NCBI GenBank assembly: GCA_963555995.3 | Contig: OY821641.1 | Span: 1,184,001-1,248,000, forward strand | DNA: 64,000 nt | Reading direction: 5' to 3' | Source: Vicinamibacteria bacterium | GTDB lineage: Bacteria > Acidobacteriota > Vicinamibacteria > Marinacidobacterales > Marinacidobacteraceae | Part shown: one piece after another, positions 47,046 to 57,854 of the stretch | Layout: the number at the start of each line of letters is the position of its first letter | How positions within the stretch are numbered: position 1 is the stretch's first letter | Notes under the pieces: model-generated | Told to the model about the DNA's origin: nothing | Seen by the model: only the letters and a program-made list of their open reading frames with translations | Databases searched by the model: none | Position numbers and translations under genes: made by a program

Positions 47046-50000
47046 CTATCGCGGGATGCGGCGGCCTGGGGTCCAGGGGACGCCGGCCGCGTCGGCCTGG
47101 GCCTCGAGGCCTGCGAGTTGGGTCTCGACGAGGTTGACGAGCTCCGCGTTCGCCGGGCCGAACTCCTCCCGCACGATCTCGACCTGGCGCCGGTGCGTGT
47201 TCGTGGGGTCGGCCATGGCCCAGAAGGCGCCGACGACGCGCTGGATGCGACCGCGGATGCCGGGGAGGACGGCTTCGTAGCGCGAACGGACGGTGTCGTC
47301 GCCCAGGAAGCGGACCCGCAGCTCCAGGAGGCCTTCCCGGATCGCCGACGTCTGGGAGCGCAGCTCCTCGCTGGCCCCGGATGCGTCGATCGCTTCGGCG
47401 AGCGTCTCCACCCGCTCGACGGAAGCTTCCAGCGCGGCGACCGCGCCGAACACCTGCCGCTGGAGCGTCGCCACCTCCTGCTGGAAGGCGTGGCGCGCCG
47501 CCGTGTCCTCCTCGGGGACGCCGGCCCGGGCCAGCACCTTCGGCGTGAACGACTGTGGCTCGCCGAGCCGGACCGTCCCGTTCCCATCACGCCGCACGAG
47601 TTCCGCGGTGTAGGTCTCCGGCATCGCGAGCGGCCCGCCGCGGTCGCCGCCGGCGGCGTCGGGATACCTCAGGTCCCACGCCACCCGGTGGATCCCCTTG
47701 GTCTTCGGCGCTTGGATCCGGCGGATCACCGTGCCATCCGCGTCGCGGATCACCACGAAGACGGCCGGATCCTCGGCGCGGTCCTCGGCCCGTAGATCCT
47801 CCCAGTCAGGGTAGGGGATCGGTTCGCCGGCGGCCGCCTGGGCCCGCTCGCGCTCCCGCCGCTGCTCGCGGAGGCTCTGCGCGCTCTCCTTCAGGTGATA
47901 GGTCACCACCGCTCCGAAAGGCGGGTTCGGCGCGGTGTAGAACGCGGCGCCGCGCTGTGACTTGCCCCGCCCACCGAGGGGGTTCGCTTCGATGTACATC
48001 CAGGGGCCCTTGACCGGGAACACCGCGCCCTCGGCGGCCAGCGTCTCCGGCGTCAGGTGCCGGAGCGGCGTGTAGTCGTCGAGCACGAAGAAGCTCCGCC
48101 CGAAGGACGCCAGCACCAGGTCGTTCTCCCGTTCCTGGATCTCGAGGTCCCGGATGGCGATGGTCGGGAGGCCGCCCTTGAGCCGGACCCAGTGTTCCCC
48201 GTCGTCGAGGCTCACGAAGAGCCCGAACTCGGTGCCGAGGAAGAGCAGCCCCTGCCGCTCGTGGTCCTCCACGATGGTCCAGGCGAGCTGGTCCTCGGGA
48301 AGGTCGCCGGTGATGTCCTGCCAGGTCACCCCCCGGTCGTCGCTCCGCACCACGTAGGGCCTGAAATCGCCCTGCTTGTGGTTGTTGAACACCGCGAACA
48401 CGGTGTTCTCGCGGTGGCGGGAGGTGTGGAGGTCCGCGACGTAGCTGAACTCGGGCACGCCGGGCACCACGTCCACCGATCGCCATTCCACGCCGCCGTC
48501 GTCGCTGATCTGGATACGCCCGTCGTCCATGCCGGTGTAGAGCAGGCCCTCGGCGAAACGGGACTCGTCGAGCGCCACCATGTTGCCGTAGGTCGAAGTC
48601 GCGCGGTTGCGCCACACCGCGTCCACGCTCCAGGTGCGGCCCATGACGAGGCGCTCGTTGCGATCCATGCCCCGGGTCAGGTCCTCGCTCACCGGGGTCC
48701 AGGTGTTCGCCCCGTCGTCGCTCCGGTAGAGCCGGTTCGCGCCGAAGTAGATCCGCTTGTTGTCGTGCGGGGAGATGATGAGGGGCGAGTCCCAGTTCCA
48801 CTTCAGCGGCTCGTCGCCGGGTTCCGGCTGGGGCTGGATCTCGACCCGTTCCCCGGTGCGGTGATCGAAGCGGACGATCCCGGCGTACTGGTACTGGGCA
48901 TAGACGATGTTCGGGTCCTCGGGGTCCACCCGCGCCTGGAAGCCGTCGCCGCCCAGGACGTCCACCCAGTCGCTGTTCCGGATGCCGTGGACGTTGTCGG
49001 TGCGCACCGGGCCGGCCATGGTGGCGTTGTCCTGCGTGCCGCCGTACACCCGGTAGAACGGGAAGGCGTTGTCAATCCCGACCCGGTAGAACTGGGTGAT
49101 CGCCTGGTTGGCGTGGTACTTCCAGTTCCGGCCGAGGTCCCAGCTCTCGTAGAGACCCCCGTCGGTGCTCATCATCAGGTAGTCCGGGTCGTCGGGGTCG
49201 AACTCGAGGTCGTGGTGGTCCACGTGAATCCACTCCATCCGGATCCGCCGCCAGGTCCTGCCGTCGTCCTCGGACACGTGCGTGTAGGTGTCCATGGAGT
49301 AGAGCCGGCCCGGCCGGTGCGGATCAACGAAGAACTCCATGTAGTACTGCGGGTCCGTCGGGAAGTAGTCGCTGCGCTTTTCCCAGCTCTCGCCGCGGTC
49401 GGTGGAGGCGTAGAAGCCGCGCTGGCCGTCGGTCGCGGCGATCTGGGCATAGACCACGTCCGGGTTATGCGGCGAGATCGCGAGTCCGATGCGGCCGATG
49501 TCGTGGCGGCTCGCCGACGGAAGCCCCCTGCTCAGTTGCCGCCAGGTGGCGCCCCCGTCGTCGGACTTGTGGATCCCCCCCTCGGGGCCGCCCGCGATCT
49601 GGACGCCGGTGTGCCGTCGCCGCTGCCACGAGGTGGCGTAGACGGTGTCGGGATGCCGGGGGTCCACGACGACGTCGCTCACCCCGGTGTCCTCGGAGAT
49701 GTAGAGCACGCGCGCCCAAGTGGCCCCGCCGTCGGTGGTCTTGTAGAGGCCCCGGTCGCCGCCGGAGCGCCAGAGCGGCCCCTGCGCGGCGACGTACACG
49801 GTGTCGCTGTCGCGCGGATCGAGCACGATCTTGCCGATGTGCTCCGACTCGTCGAGCCCCATGTGCTCGAACGACCCGCCGGCGTCCCGGCTCCGGTAGA
49901 CACCGTTGCCGTAGGGAACGGATCGCTGGCCGTTGTTCTCGCCGGTCCCCAGCCAGACGACGTTCGAGTTCGTCGGGTCCACGACCACCGTGGAGGTGGA

Positions 50001-50285
50001 ATACACCGGGTAGTTCTCGAAAATCGGCTCCCAGGTGGTCCCGCGGTTCGTGGTCTTGAACGCGTTCCCGGAGGCGACCGCCATGTACCAGGTGGACTTG
50101 TCGTTCGGATCCATGGTCACGTCGGCGATCCGGCCGGAACGCGACGCGGGTCCGATGCCGCGCAGCTTCAGCCCGGAGAGGAGGTCCTCGTTGATGGCCG
50201 GGGTCTCGGCGTCCTGGGGCAGGGCGAGAGTTGGGGCCAGCAGGATCGCGACCAGGAACGGTGCGATTCGAAGAGATCGGTTCAT
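47046..50285 (-). CDS. Secreted VPS10/BNR-repeat (sortilin-like) glycosyl hydrolase-like protein, paralog A
   Basis: Signal peptide, LRGIGPA..SGRI, many S/TxDxGxTW Asp-boxes, GGTQDN, GGDGF. Confidence 0.9.
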   Translation of the reverse strand: MNRSLRIAPFLVAILLAPTLALPQDAETPAINEDLLSGLKLRGIGPASRSGRIADVTMDPNDKSTWYMAVASGNAFKTTNRGTTWEPIFENYPVYSTSTVVVDPTNSNVVWLGTGENNGQRSVPYGNGVYRSRDAGGSFEHMGLDESEHIGKIVLDPRDSDTVYVAAQGPLWRSGGDRGLYKTTDGGATWARVLYISEDTGVSDVVVDPRHPDTVYATSWQRRRHTGVQIAGGPEGGIHKSDDGGATWRQLSRGLPSASRHDIGRIGLAISPHNPDVVYAQIAATDGQRGFYASTDRGESWEKRSDYFPTDPQYYMEFFVDPHRPGRLYSMDTYTHVSEDDGRTWRRIRMEWIHVDHHDLEFDPDDPDYLMMSTDGGLYESWDLGRNWKYHANQAITQFYRVGIDNAFPFYRVYGGTQDNATMAGPVRTDNVHGIRNSDWVDVLGGDGFQARVDPEDPNIVYAQYQYAGIVRFDHRTGERVEIQPQPEPGDEPLKWNWDSPLIISPHDNKRIYFGANRLYRSDDGANTWTPVSEDLTRGMDRNERLVMGRTWSVDAVWRNRATSTYGNMVALDESRFAEGLLYTGMDDGRIQISDDGGVEWRSVDVVPGVPEFSYVADLHTSRHRENTVFAVFNNHKQGDFRPYVVRSDDRGVTWQDITGDLPEDQLAWTIVEDHERQGLLFLGTEFGLFVSLDDGEHWVRLKGGLPTIAIRDLEIQERENDLVLASFGRSFFVLDDYTPLRHLTPETLAAEGAVFPVKGPWMYIEANPLGGRGKSQRGAAFYTAPNPPFGAVVTYHLKESAQSLREQRRERERAQAAAGEPIPYPDWEDLRAEDRAEDPAVFVVIRDADGTVIRRIQAPKTKGIHRVAWDLRYPDAAGGDRGGPLAMPETYTAELVRRDGNGTVRLGEPQSFTPKVLARAGVPEEDTAARHAFQQEVATLQRQVFGAVAALEASVERVETLAEAIDASGASEELRSQTSAIREGLLELRVRFLGDDTVRSRYEAVLPGIRGRIQRVVGAFWAMADPTNTHRRQVEIVREEFGPANAELVNLVETQLAGLEAQADAAGVPWTPGRRIPR

Positions 50286-50317
50286 GATGGTTCCTCCGGT
50301 ACGGCTAGGGTCGCGCC

Positions 50318-50557
50318 ATGAGCACCATGAACATATCGCTTCCCGAGGCGCTCAAGTCCTTCGTGGACGACCAGGTCGGCGCCCGCGGCTACAGCACGCC
50401 GAGCGAGTACGTCCGCGAGTTGATCCGGCGGGATCACGACCGCCAGCACCTGCGCGGCCTGCTTCTCGAAGGCGCGGCGTCGCCGCGGGCGGGCGTGGCC
50501 GATGCGGACTATTTCGACGGGCTCCGCGCTCGGGTCCGCGAAGCCGGCCGGCGGTGA
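50318..50557 (+). CDS. parD: ParD-family (RHH) antitoxin
   Basis: MSTMNISLPEALKSFVDDQV..GYSTPSEYVRELIRRD..LRGLLLEGA. Confidence 0.9.
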   Translation: MSTMNISLPEALKSFVDDQVGARGYSTPSEYVRELIRRDHDRQHLRGLLLEGAASPRAGVADADYFDGLRARVREAGRR

Positions 50558-50680
50558 CCGGCAAGCCGGTCGTCCTTCGGGAACGGGCGCGGCGCGACAT
50601 CGATGAGGCGGTCGAGCACCATCTGGTCGAGCCCGGGGAAGGGGCGCGCTCAACTTCGTTGCCGCGCTCCAAGGCACGCA
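50554..50680 (+). pseudogene. parE: Truncated, frameshifted ParE/RelE toxin
   Basis: GTGA overlap; MTGKPVVLRERARRDIDEAVEHH.. then ALNFVAALQ in another frame; ends at REP 50690-50714. Confidence 0.75.
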
Positions 50681-50753
50681 GCGCCGCGCGTGCCGGTCTG
50701 TAGACCGGCGTTCCAAGCCGGTGCGCTACTACGCCCGTCGGCGGATGGTGTGG

Positions 50754-53700
50754 TTACCGCGGGATGCGTCGGCCGGGGGTCCAGGGTACTCCCGCCGCGT
50801 CGGCCTGGGCTTCGAGGCCCGCGAGCTGTACTTCCACCAGGTTGACGAGCTCGGCGTTGGCCGGGCCGAACTGCTCGCGGACGATCTCCACCTGACGACG
50901 GTGGGTGGTGGTGGGGTCCGCCGTGGACCAGAAGGCGCCGACCACCCGCTGGATGCGGTCGCGGATTCCGGGGAGGACCGCCTCCCGGCGGGAGCGGACG
51001 GTGTCGTCGCCGAGGAAACGGATCCGGACGTCCAGGAGCCCGGCGCGGATGGCCGACGCCTGGGAGCGGAGGTCGCCCTCGGCGCCGGACTCATCCATGG
51101 CTTCGGCCAGCGCCTCCACGCGCTCGATCGAGGCGTTCAACGCGGATACCGCCCCAAACACCCGCCGCTGGAGATCCGCGACCTCGCGCTGGAAGGCGTG
51201 GCGCGCCTCGACGTCCACCGGCGGCACGCCCGCTGCGGCCAGCACCTTGGGGGTGAAGGACTGCGGCTCGCCGAGGCGGGTGGCGCCGTTCTCGTCGCGC
51301 CGGACGAGCTCGGCGGTGTAGGTCCCCGGCATCGCGAGCGGCCCGGCGCGCTGCGACCAGTACCCCACCGGTCCCCGCTCGGGGTCCGGATACCGGAGGT
51401 CCCAGGCCACCCGGTGGATCCCGGCCGTCTTCGGTGCGGTGACGCGCCGGACGACGTTCCCTTCCGAGTCACGGATCACCACGAAGACCGCGGGGTCCTC
51501 GGCGCGGTCCTCGGCCCGCAGTTCGTCCCAGCCGGGGTAGGGGAGCGCCTCGCCGGCCGCCGCCTGCGCGCGCTCGCGTTCCCGCCGCCGCTCGCGGACG
51601 CTCAGCGCGCTCTCCTTCAGGTGGTAGGTCACCACCGCCCCGAACGGCGGGTTCGGCGCGGTGTAGAACGCGTCGCCCCGCTGTGACTTCTCGCCGCCGC
51701 CGAGCGGGTTCGCCTCCACGTACATCCAGGGGTCCTTCACCGGGAACACCGCGCCGTCGGCGGCGAGCGCCTCCGCCGACAGGTGCCGGAGCGGCGTGTA
51801 GTCGTCGAGGATGAAGAAGCCGCGCCCGAAGGAGGCCAGCACCAGGTCGTTCTCGCGCGTCTGGATCTCCAGGTCCCGGATCGCGATGGTCGGCAGCCCG
51901 CCCGTGAGCCGCACCCAGCGGTCGCCGCCGTCGAGGGTCGTGAACAGCCCGAATTCGGTACCGAGGAAGAGGAGTCCTTCCTGCCCCGGGTCCTCGACCA
52001 CGCTCCAGGCGAGCTGGTCTTCCGGCAGGTCGCCGGTGATGTCCTCCCAGCTCACGCCGCGGTCGTCGCTCCGCATCACGTAGGGCCGGAAGTCGCCCTC
52101 CTTGTGGTTGTTGAAGACCGCGAACACCGTGTTCTCCCGGTGGCGGGAGGCGTGGAGGTCCGCCACGTAGGTGCGGGGAGGCACGCCCGGGACGGCGTCC
52201 ACCGCCCGCCATTCGAGGCCCCCGTCGCCGGTGATCTGGACCCGCCCGTCGTCCATCCCGGTGTAGAGCAGCCCCTCCACCAGCGGCGACTCGTCGAGCG
52301 CCACCATGTTCCCGTAGGTGGAGGTGAAGACGTTCCGCCAGACCGCGTCGGTGCTCCACGTCCGGCCCATCACCGTCCGCTCGGCGCGGTTGATCCCGCG
52401 GGTCAGGTCGTCGCTGATCGGGACCCAGGTGTTCGCCCGGTCGTCGCTCCGGTAGAGCCGGTTCGCGCCGAAGTAGAGGCGCTGGCCGTTGTGCGGCGAG
52501 ATGATGAGCGGCGCGTCCCAGTTCCACTTGAGCGGCGGGTCGTCGGGCTCGGGTTGCGGCTGGATTTCCATCCGCTCCCCGGTCCGGCGATCGAAGCGGG
52601 CGATCCCGGCGTACTGGTACTGCGCGTAGATGATGTTGGGATCGTCGGGGTCCACCCGCGCCTGGAAGCCGTCGCCGCCGATGACGTCGAGCCAGTCGCT
52701 GTTCAGGATCCCGTGGATGCTGGTCGTCCGCGAGGGGCCGCCGAGGGTGGCGTTGTCCTGTGTTCCCCCATAGACGTTGTAGAACGGGAAGTCGTTGTCA
52801 ATGCCGACCCGGTAGAACTGGGTGAGGGACTGGTTCGCGTGGAACTTCCAGCGCTCGCCGAGGTCCCAGCTCTCGTAGATGCCGCCGTCGGAGCTCATCA
52901 TCAGGTAGTCCGGGTCGTCCGGATCGAACTCGAGGTCGTGGTTGTCCACGTGCTTCCACCGGCTGTTGACCTGGCGCCACGTCGCCCCGTCGTCGTCGGT
53001 CACGTGGGTCCACACGTCCATCGAGTAGATGCGGCCGGGACGGTGGGGGTCCGGGAATATCTCCATGTAGTACTGCGGGTCCACGCAGATGTAGTCGCTC
53101 CGCTTCTCCCAGCTCTCGCCGCGGTCCGTGGAGCGGTAGAAGCCGCTCGCGTCGTCGGAGGCCGCGATCAGCGCGTAGACGACGTCGGGGTTGTGGGGTG
53201 AGATCGCGAGCCCGATGCGGCCGATGTCGTGCCGGTCGGGGGAGGGGAGGCCCTTCGAGAGCTTCCGCCAGGTGGCCCCGCCGTCCTCCGACTTGTGGAT
53301 GCCCCCCTCGGGGCCGCCCGCGACGAGGAGGCCGGTGTGCCGCCGCCGCTGCCACGACGACGCGTAGAGGACGTCGGGGTCCCGGGGATCCATGGCCACC
53401 TGGCTGATCCCGGTGTCCTCGGAGACGTGGAGGACCCGCTCCCAGGTGGCGCCGCCGTCGGTCGTCTTGTAGAGGCCCCGGTCCCCGCCCGCGCGCCAGA
53501 GCGGTCCCTGCGCCGCGACGTAGACCGTCTGCGGGTCGCGCGGGTTGATGACGATGTTCCCGATGTGCTCGGACTCGTCGAGCCCCAGGTGCTCGAAGGA
53601 AGCGCCGGCGTCGCGGCTCCGCCAGACCCCGTTCCCGTAGCCGACCGACCGCTGCCCGTTGTTCTCGCCGGTGCCGAGCCACAGGACATTGGAGTTCGTG

Positions 53701-54005
53701 GGATCCATCACGATCGTCGAGGTCGAATACACCGGGTAGTTCTCGAAGATGGGCTCCCAGGTGGTCCCCCGGTTCGTGGTCTTGAAGGCGTTCCCGGAGG
53801 CGACCGCGACGTACCAGGTCGCCCGGTCGTTCGGGTCAATGGTCACGTCGGCGACCCGGCCGGAACGCGCGGCCGGCCCGATGCCCCGCAGCTCCAGGCC
53901 CGAAAGCAGGTCTTCGGTGATTGCCGGGGCCTCCTGGGCGGGCGCCTGAGGAGCGGCCAGGAGTGCGGCGGCGAAGGCCAATCGGATGAGCGGACTCTGG
54001 CGCAT
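50754..54005 (-). CDS. Secreted VPS10/BNR-repeat protein, paralog B
   Basis: Same architecture as 47046-50285 with identical C-terminus GVPWTPGRRIPR. Confidence 0.9.
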   Translation of the reverse strand: MRQSPLIRLAFAAALLAAPQAPAQEAPAITEDLLSGLELRGIGPAARSGRVADVTIDPNDRATWYVAVASGNAFKTTNRGTTWEPIFENYPVYSTSTIVMDPTNSNVLWLGTGENNGQRSVGYGNGVWRSRDAGASFEHLGLDESEHIGNIVINPRDPQTVYVAAQGPLWRAGGDRGLYKTTDGGATWERVLHVSEDTGISQVAMDPRDPDVLYASSWQRRRHTGLLVAGGPEGGIHKSEDGGATWRKLSKGLPSPDRHDIGRIGLAISPHNPDVVYALIAASDDASGFYRSTDRGESWEKRSDYICVDPQYYMEIFPDPHRPGRIYSMDVWTHVTDDDGATWRQVNSRWKHVDNHDLEFDPDDPDYLMMSSDGGIYESWDLGERWKFHANQSLTQFYRVGIDNDFPFYNVYGGTQDNATLGGPSRTTSIHGILNSDWLDVIGGDGFQARVDPDDPNIIYAQYQYAGIARFDRRTGERMEIQPQPEPDDPPLKWNWDAPLIISPHNGQRLYFGANRLYRSDDRANTWVPISDDLTRGINRAERTVMGRTWSTDAVWRNVFTSTYGNMVALDESPLVEGLLYTGMDDGRVQITGDGGLEWRAVDAVPGVPPRTYVADLHASRHRENTVFAVFNNHKEGDFRPYVMRSDDRGVSWEDITGDLPEDQLAWSVVEDPGQEGLLFLGTEFGLFTTLDGGDRWVRLTGGLPTIAIRDLEIQTRENDLVLASFGRGFFILDDYTPLRHLSAEALAADGAVFPVKDPWMYVEANPLGGGEKSQRGDAFYTAPNPPFGAVVTYHLKESALSVRERRRERERAQAAAGEALPYPGWDELRAEDRAEDPAVFVVIRDSEGNVVRRVTAPKTAGIHRVAWDLRYPDPERGPVGYWSQRAGPLAMPGTYTAELVRRDENGATRLGEPQSFTPKVLAAAGVPPVDVEARHAFQREVADLQRRVFGAVSALNASIERVEALAEAMDESGAEGDLRSQASAIRAGLLDVRIRFLGDDTVRSRREAVLPGIRDRIQRVVGAFWSTADPTTTHRRQVEIVREQFGPANAELVNLVEVQLAGLEAQADAAGVPWTPGRRIPR

Positions 54006-54054
54006 GGGTAGATCTCCTGCGGGGGGCCGGTCCGCGACGCGGGACCGACCGGGA

Positions 54055-54966
54055 TCAGTCGGTGAGGGTGCTCACGTGCGCGGTGGCGGCGCGGGCCTGG
54101 CCGTCCACGTTGTAGCCGCCTTCGAGCATGGAGACCAGGCGTCCCTCGCAGTAGTGGTCGGCCACGTCCATCAGGGTCCGGGTCATGCGCGAGAAGACGT
54201 CGTCGGTGCACTCGAAGGAGCCGAGCAGGTCTTCCTTCCGGCTGTCGAACCCGGCCGAGATGATCACGAAGTCGGGCTTGAACTGCTCCACCGCGGGCAG
54301 GAGCGTGCGGTCCCAGGCGCTCAGCATGTCCCGGTCCGTGGCGCCCGGTCCGAGATGGACGTTGAAGTTCGTTCCGGCGCCGTCGCGGGCTCCGCCGAGC
54401 GACGGATCGCCGGTACCCGGGTAGTCGTACCAGTTGTGGGTCGAGAAGAAGAGGACCGAGGGGTCCTCGTAGAAGGCGTTCTGGGTGCCGTTCCCGTGGT
54501 GGTAGTCCCAGTCCACGATCAGCACCTTCTCGTGCCCGTGAGCCCGCTGCGCGTAGCGGGCGGCGACCGCGGCGTTCGAGTAGAAGCAGAAGCCCTCCTC
54601 GGCGCCGGCGTTGTTGGCGTGGTGTCCGGGGGGCCGGATCGCGCAGAACGCGTTCCTGAGCCTTCCCTCGGAGACCTCCCGCACCGCGGCGAGCGCCCCG
54701 GCCACCGCCAGCTCGGCGATCTCCCCGGTGGTGGGGATGCGCCGGACCCGGTCCACGTGGTCGCGGGTGTGGTGTCCGAGCAGGTAGGGCAGGGGATCCG
54801 GCCACTTCTCGACGGGGACGAGGGTCCGGAAGAGACCCGCCGCGTCGAGCGCCTCGCGGATCTTCACGAGGCGAAGCGGCGATTCCGGATGCCCCCGCCG
54901 GATGTTGTGGCGGAGGAACGACTCGCGATAGACGATGCCGGTGGTGGAGGGAGCGGTCTCGGACAT
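54055..54966 (-). CDS. Histone deacetylase family protein
   Basis: GHPESPLR, RPPGHHA, GFC, DWDYHHGNGTQ, YPGTG, SAGFD, LEGGY. Confidence 0.93.
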   Translation of the reverse strand: MSETAPSTTGIVYRESFLRHNIRRGHPESPLRLVKIREALDAAGLFRTLVPVEKWPDPLPYLLGHHTRDHVDRVRRIPTTGEIAELAVAGALAAVREVSEGRLRNAFCAIRPPGHHANNAGAEEGFCFYSNAAVAARYAQRAHGHEKVLIVDWDYHHGNGTQNAFYEDPSVLFFSTHNWYDYPGTGDPSLGGARDGAGTNFNVHLGPGATDRDMLSAWDRTLLPAVEQFKPDFVIISAGFDSRKEDLLGSFECTDDVFSRMTRTLMDVADHYCEGRLVSMLEGGYNVDGQARAATAHVSTLTD

Positions 54967-55252
54967 GGCCGCAACGATACCGGAGCCTTTCGCGTCGGAG
55001 CGCCAGCCTCCGGCTGGCATCGCGCGGGAGCGCGAAATCCGAGCTGATTGCGTTCCTTCCCGTGAACGTGGGGGCCATGTTCAGTCCTTCTCCGGCAGCG
55101 CCCTGCCGTTCCCGGTTGGGGTCACGCCACGGGGACCGGCTTCGGCGCGCGTTTCGCCGCCTGCGGCCGCGATGCCAGCCAGAGGCCGGCCCAAGTGCTG
55201 TGAAAATGCGGTTCCGGCGCGACGTCAACCAGCGGAAGTGGCGACGCCGGCT

Positions 55253-55415
55253 GGGAACGCCGGTCTTCAGACCGGCACCGCGGGCCGGAGGCCCGCGGAT
55301 GTCGTGCCGGTGTTCACGGTGATGATCCGAGAGCCGAGCGCCACCTCGCGCGGAAGCGTTGTGCCGTGCGCTGCGCTGTCGCGCAGCGCGTGCCGGTCTG
55401 AAGACCGGCGTTCCC
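55253..55415. repeat. REPIN-like element
   Basis: Inverted REP pair; core homologous to 25530-25695. Confidence 0.85.
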
Positions 55416-55541
55416 GGCTGCCTCCGACATTTTCATGACCGGCGAGATGCGCAGGAGCACCGCTCGTGGGCGTGTTTCGCGGTGGGGGACGTGCGAATTT
55501 CCGGGACACCACACTCGCACCTGTTGGTACCGTTTGCGGTC

Positions 55542-56198
55542 GTGCCGCACCGCCACCACCACCGGGGTCACGCCGGCGGGTCGAAGCGGCCCTGGTGGAA
55601 GCGCTTCCGGACGACCGCCGCGATCGGCTACGTGATCCGGCACTACACCGAGCCCCGGAACCGGATGGTGATCGAACGGGCGGGGGTCCGCGCCGGGGAG
55701 CGGGTCGTGGACATCGGTTGCGGGCCGGGCGAATCCGTGGCGCTGGCTGCCGCCGCCGCACCGGGAGTGCGGGTCGTGGGAGTTGATCCGGCGTTCCCCT
55801 TCCGGCTGGCCACGGCGCTCCGCAATCTCGGACGGGGACGGGCGGTGCAGGTGCGCCGCGGCGCCGCGGAACGGCTGCCGGTTCCGGACGGCTGGGCGAC
55901 CCTGGTCGTCTCGATCAACGCCTTCCACCACTGGGAAGACCGGCCCCGGGGTCTGGCCGAGGTGCGCCGGGCGCTCGCGCCGGGGGGCAGGCTGGTGCTC
56001 GTGGACGAGGACTTCCCGGACGATCACCAGCACACCCGTTTCCACCGGGAGGCCGGTGAGGACGCCCCGGTGGACGCCGGAAATCCAGTGGTCCGGAAGT
56101 GGCTTGCAGCTCTCGGGTTCGGCGATCTCACCCTCGACCGGGTTGAGGACGCCGGCGGTACGCCGCACCACGTGTTGTGTGCCGTGCGGGCGACCTGA
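55542..56198 (+). CDS. Class I SAM-dependent methyltransferase
   Basis: VVDIGCGPG, GAAERLP, AFHHW, LAPGGRLV; start approximate. Confidence 0.85.
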   Translation: MPHRHHHRGHAGGSKRPWWKRFRTTAAIGYVIRHYTEPRNRMVIERAGVRAGERVVDIGCGPGESVALAAAAAPGVRVVGVDPAFPFRLATALRNLGRGRAVQVRRGAAERLPVPDGWATLVVSINAFHHWEDRPRGLAEVRRALAPGGRLVLVDEDFPDDHQHTRFHREAGEDAPVDAGNPVVRKWLAALGFGDLTLDRVEDAGGTPHHVLCAVRAT

Positions 56199-56474
56199 GC
56201 AAGCCCACGCCAGTTCCGACCAATCCACGATGCATCGTGGAATGGTCACGACCATTCCGCGACATCGTCTGTCCTTCGCGCAGTCCAACGGCGCCATTTC
56301 ACGGGGCTGCGACTCGTGCTCCCGCTCTCGGAGGTGCGCTACCGCGAGACTCGGCCGGCGTTGCCAGCCGTACGCGCCGTGGGGGGCGGGTGAAGTTACG
56401 ACGTGCGCGGTCCGGAGCACCGCGCGTGCCGGTCTGGAGACCGGCGTTCCAAGCCGTTTCCGCCAATCCCGACC

Positions 56475-56560
56475 TGGTGCCGAAGGGGGGACTCGAACCC
56501 CCACGGGATCACTCCCATACGCCCCTCAAGCGCACGTGTCTACCATTCCACCACTTCGGC
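56475..56560 (-). tRNA. tRNA-Leu (anticodon GAG), CCA encoded
   Basis: GCCGAAGTGGTGGAATGGTAGACACG..TT-GAG-GG..long variable arm..GGTTCGAGTCC..TTCGGCACCA; usual position downstream of secG. Confidence 0.96.
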
Positions 56561-56633
56561 AGCGGTGAGGACCGGCGGGAATCTCCGGCCGCCGGACCCG
56601 GAATTATAGGTTCGGTCGAGCCGCGGGTCCCGA

Positions 56634-57017
56634 TCAGGATCCGGGCTCGGGCTCCTCGCTTTGTTCCCCGGACTCGGAGGCTTCCGGATCTCCGGGTTCC
56701 CCGGCCGGATCATCGGCTGGCGCCGGTGTCTCGGCCGCCGGAGCCGGAATCGCCACGCCCCCTCCGGGCACCACGGTCTGGGATTCCGGATCGTCCTGCA
56801 CGTAGCCGAGGAGCAGGGAGGTGACCATGAAGGTGGCCGCGACCACCGCGGTCACCTTGGTCAGCAGGGTCGCCGTTCCCCGGGCGCCGAACGCCGCCTG
56901 GCTGCCGGCGCCGCCGAAGGCGCTGGCGAGATCCTGGCCCTTGCCCTGCTGGGTGAGCACGACAAGGATGAGGAAGAAACAGACGAGGATGTGGACGATG
57001 GTGAGCAGGATGGTCAT
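56634..57017 (-). CDS. secG: Preprotein translocase subunit SecG
   Basis: LILVVLTQQGKG.DLASAFGG, FGARGTATLLTKVT. Confidence 0.95.
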   Translation of the reverse strand: MTILLTIVHILVCFFLILVVLTQQGKGQDLASAFGGAGSQAAFGARGTATLLTKVTAVVAATFMVTSLLLGYVQDDPESQTVVPGGGVAIPAPAAETPAPADDPAGEPGDPEASESGEQSEEPEPGS

Positions 57018-57083
57018 TTCTCTGGATTCCGGTTTCGGGGCCGGGCCTGTTCCAAGCGGCGGCCCAGGCGCCCGATGCGCCGC

Positions 57084-57846
<763 letters not shown>

Positions 57847-57854
<8 letters not shown>

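Noticed and set aside
56475-56560. tRNA-Leu as integration site of an island
   Set aside because: No duplicated tRNA 3' end and no integrase seen in the window
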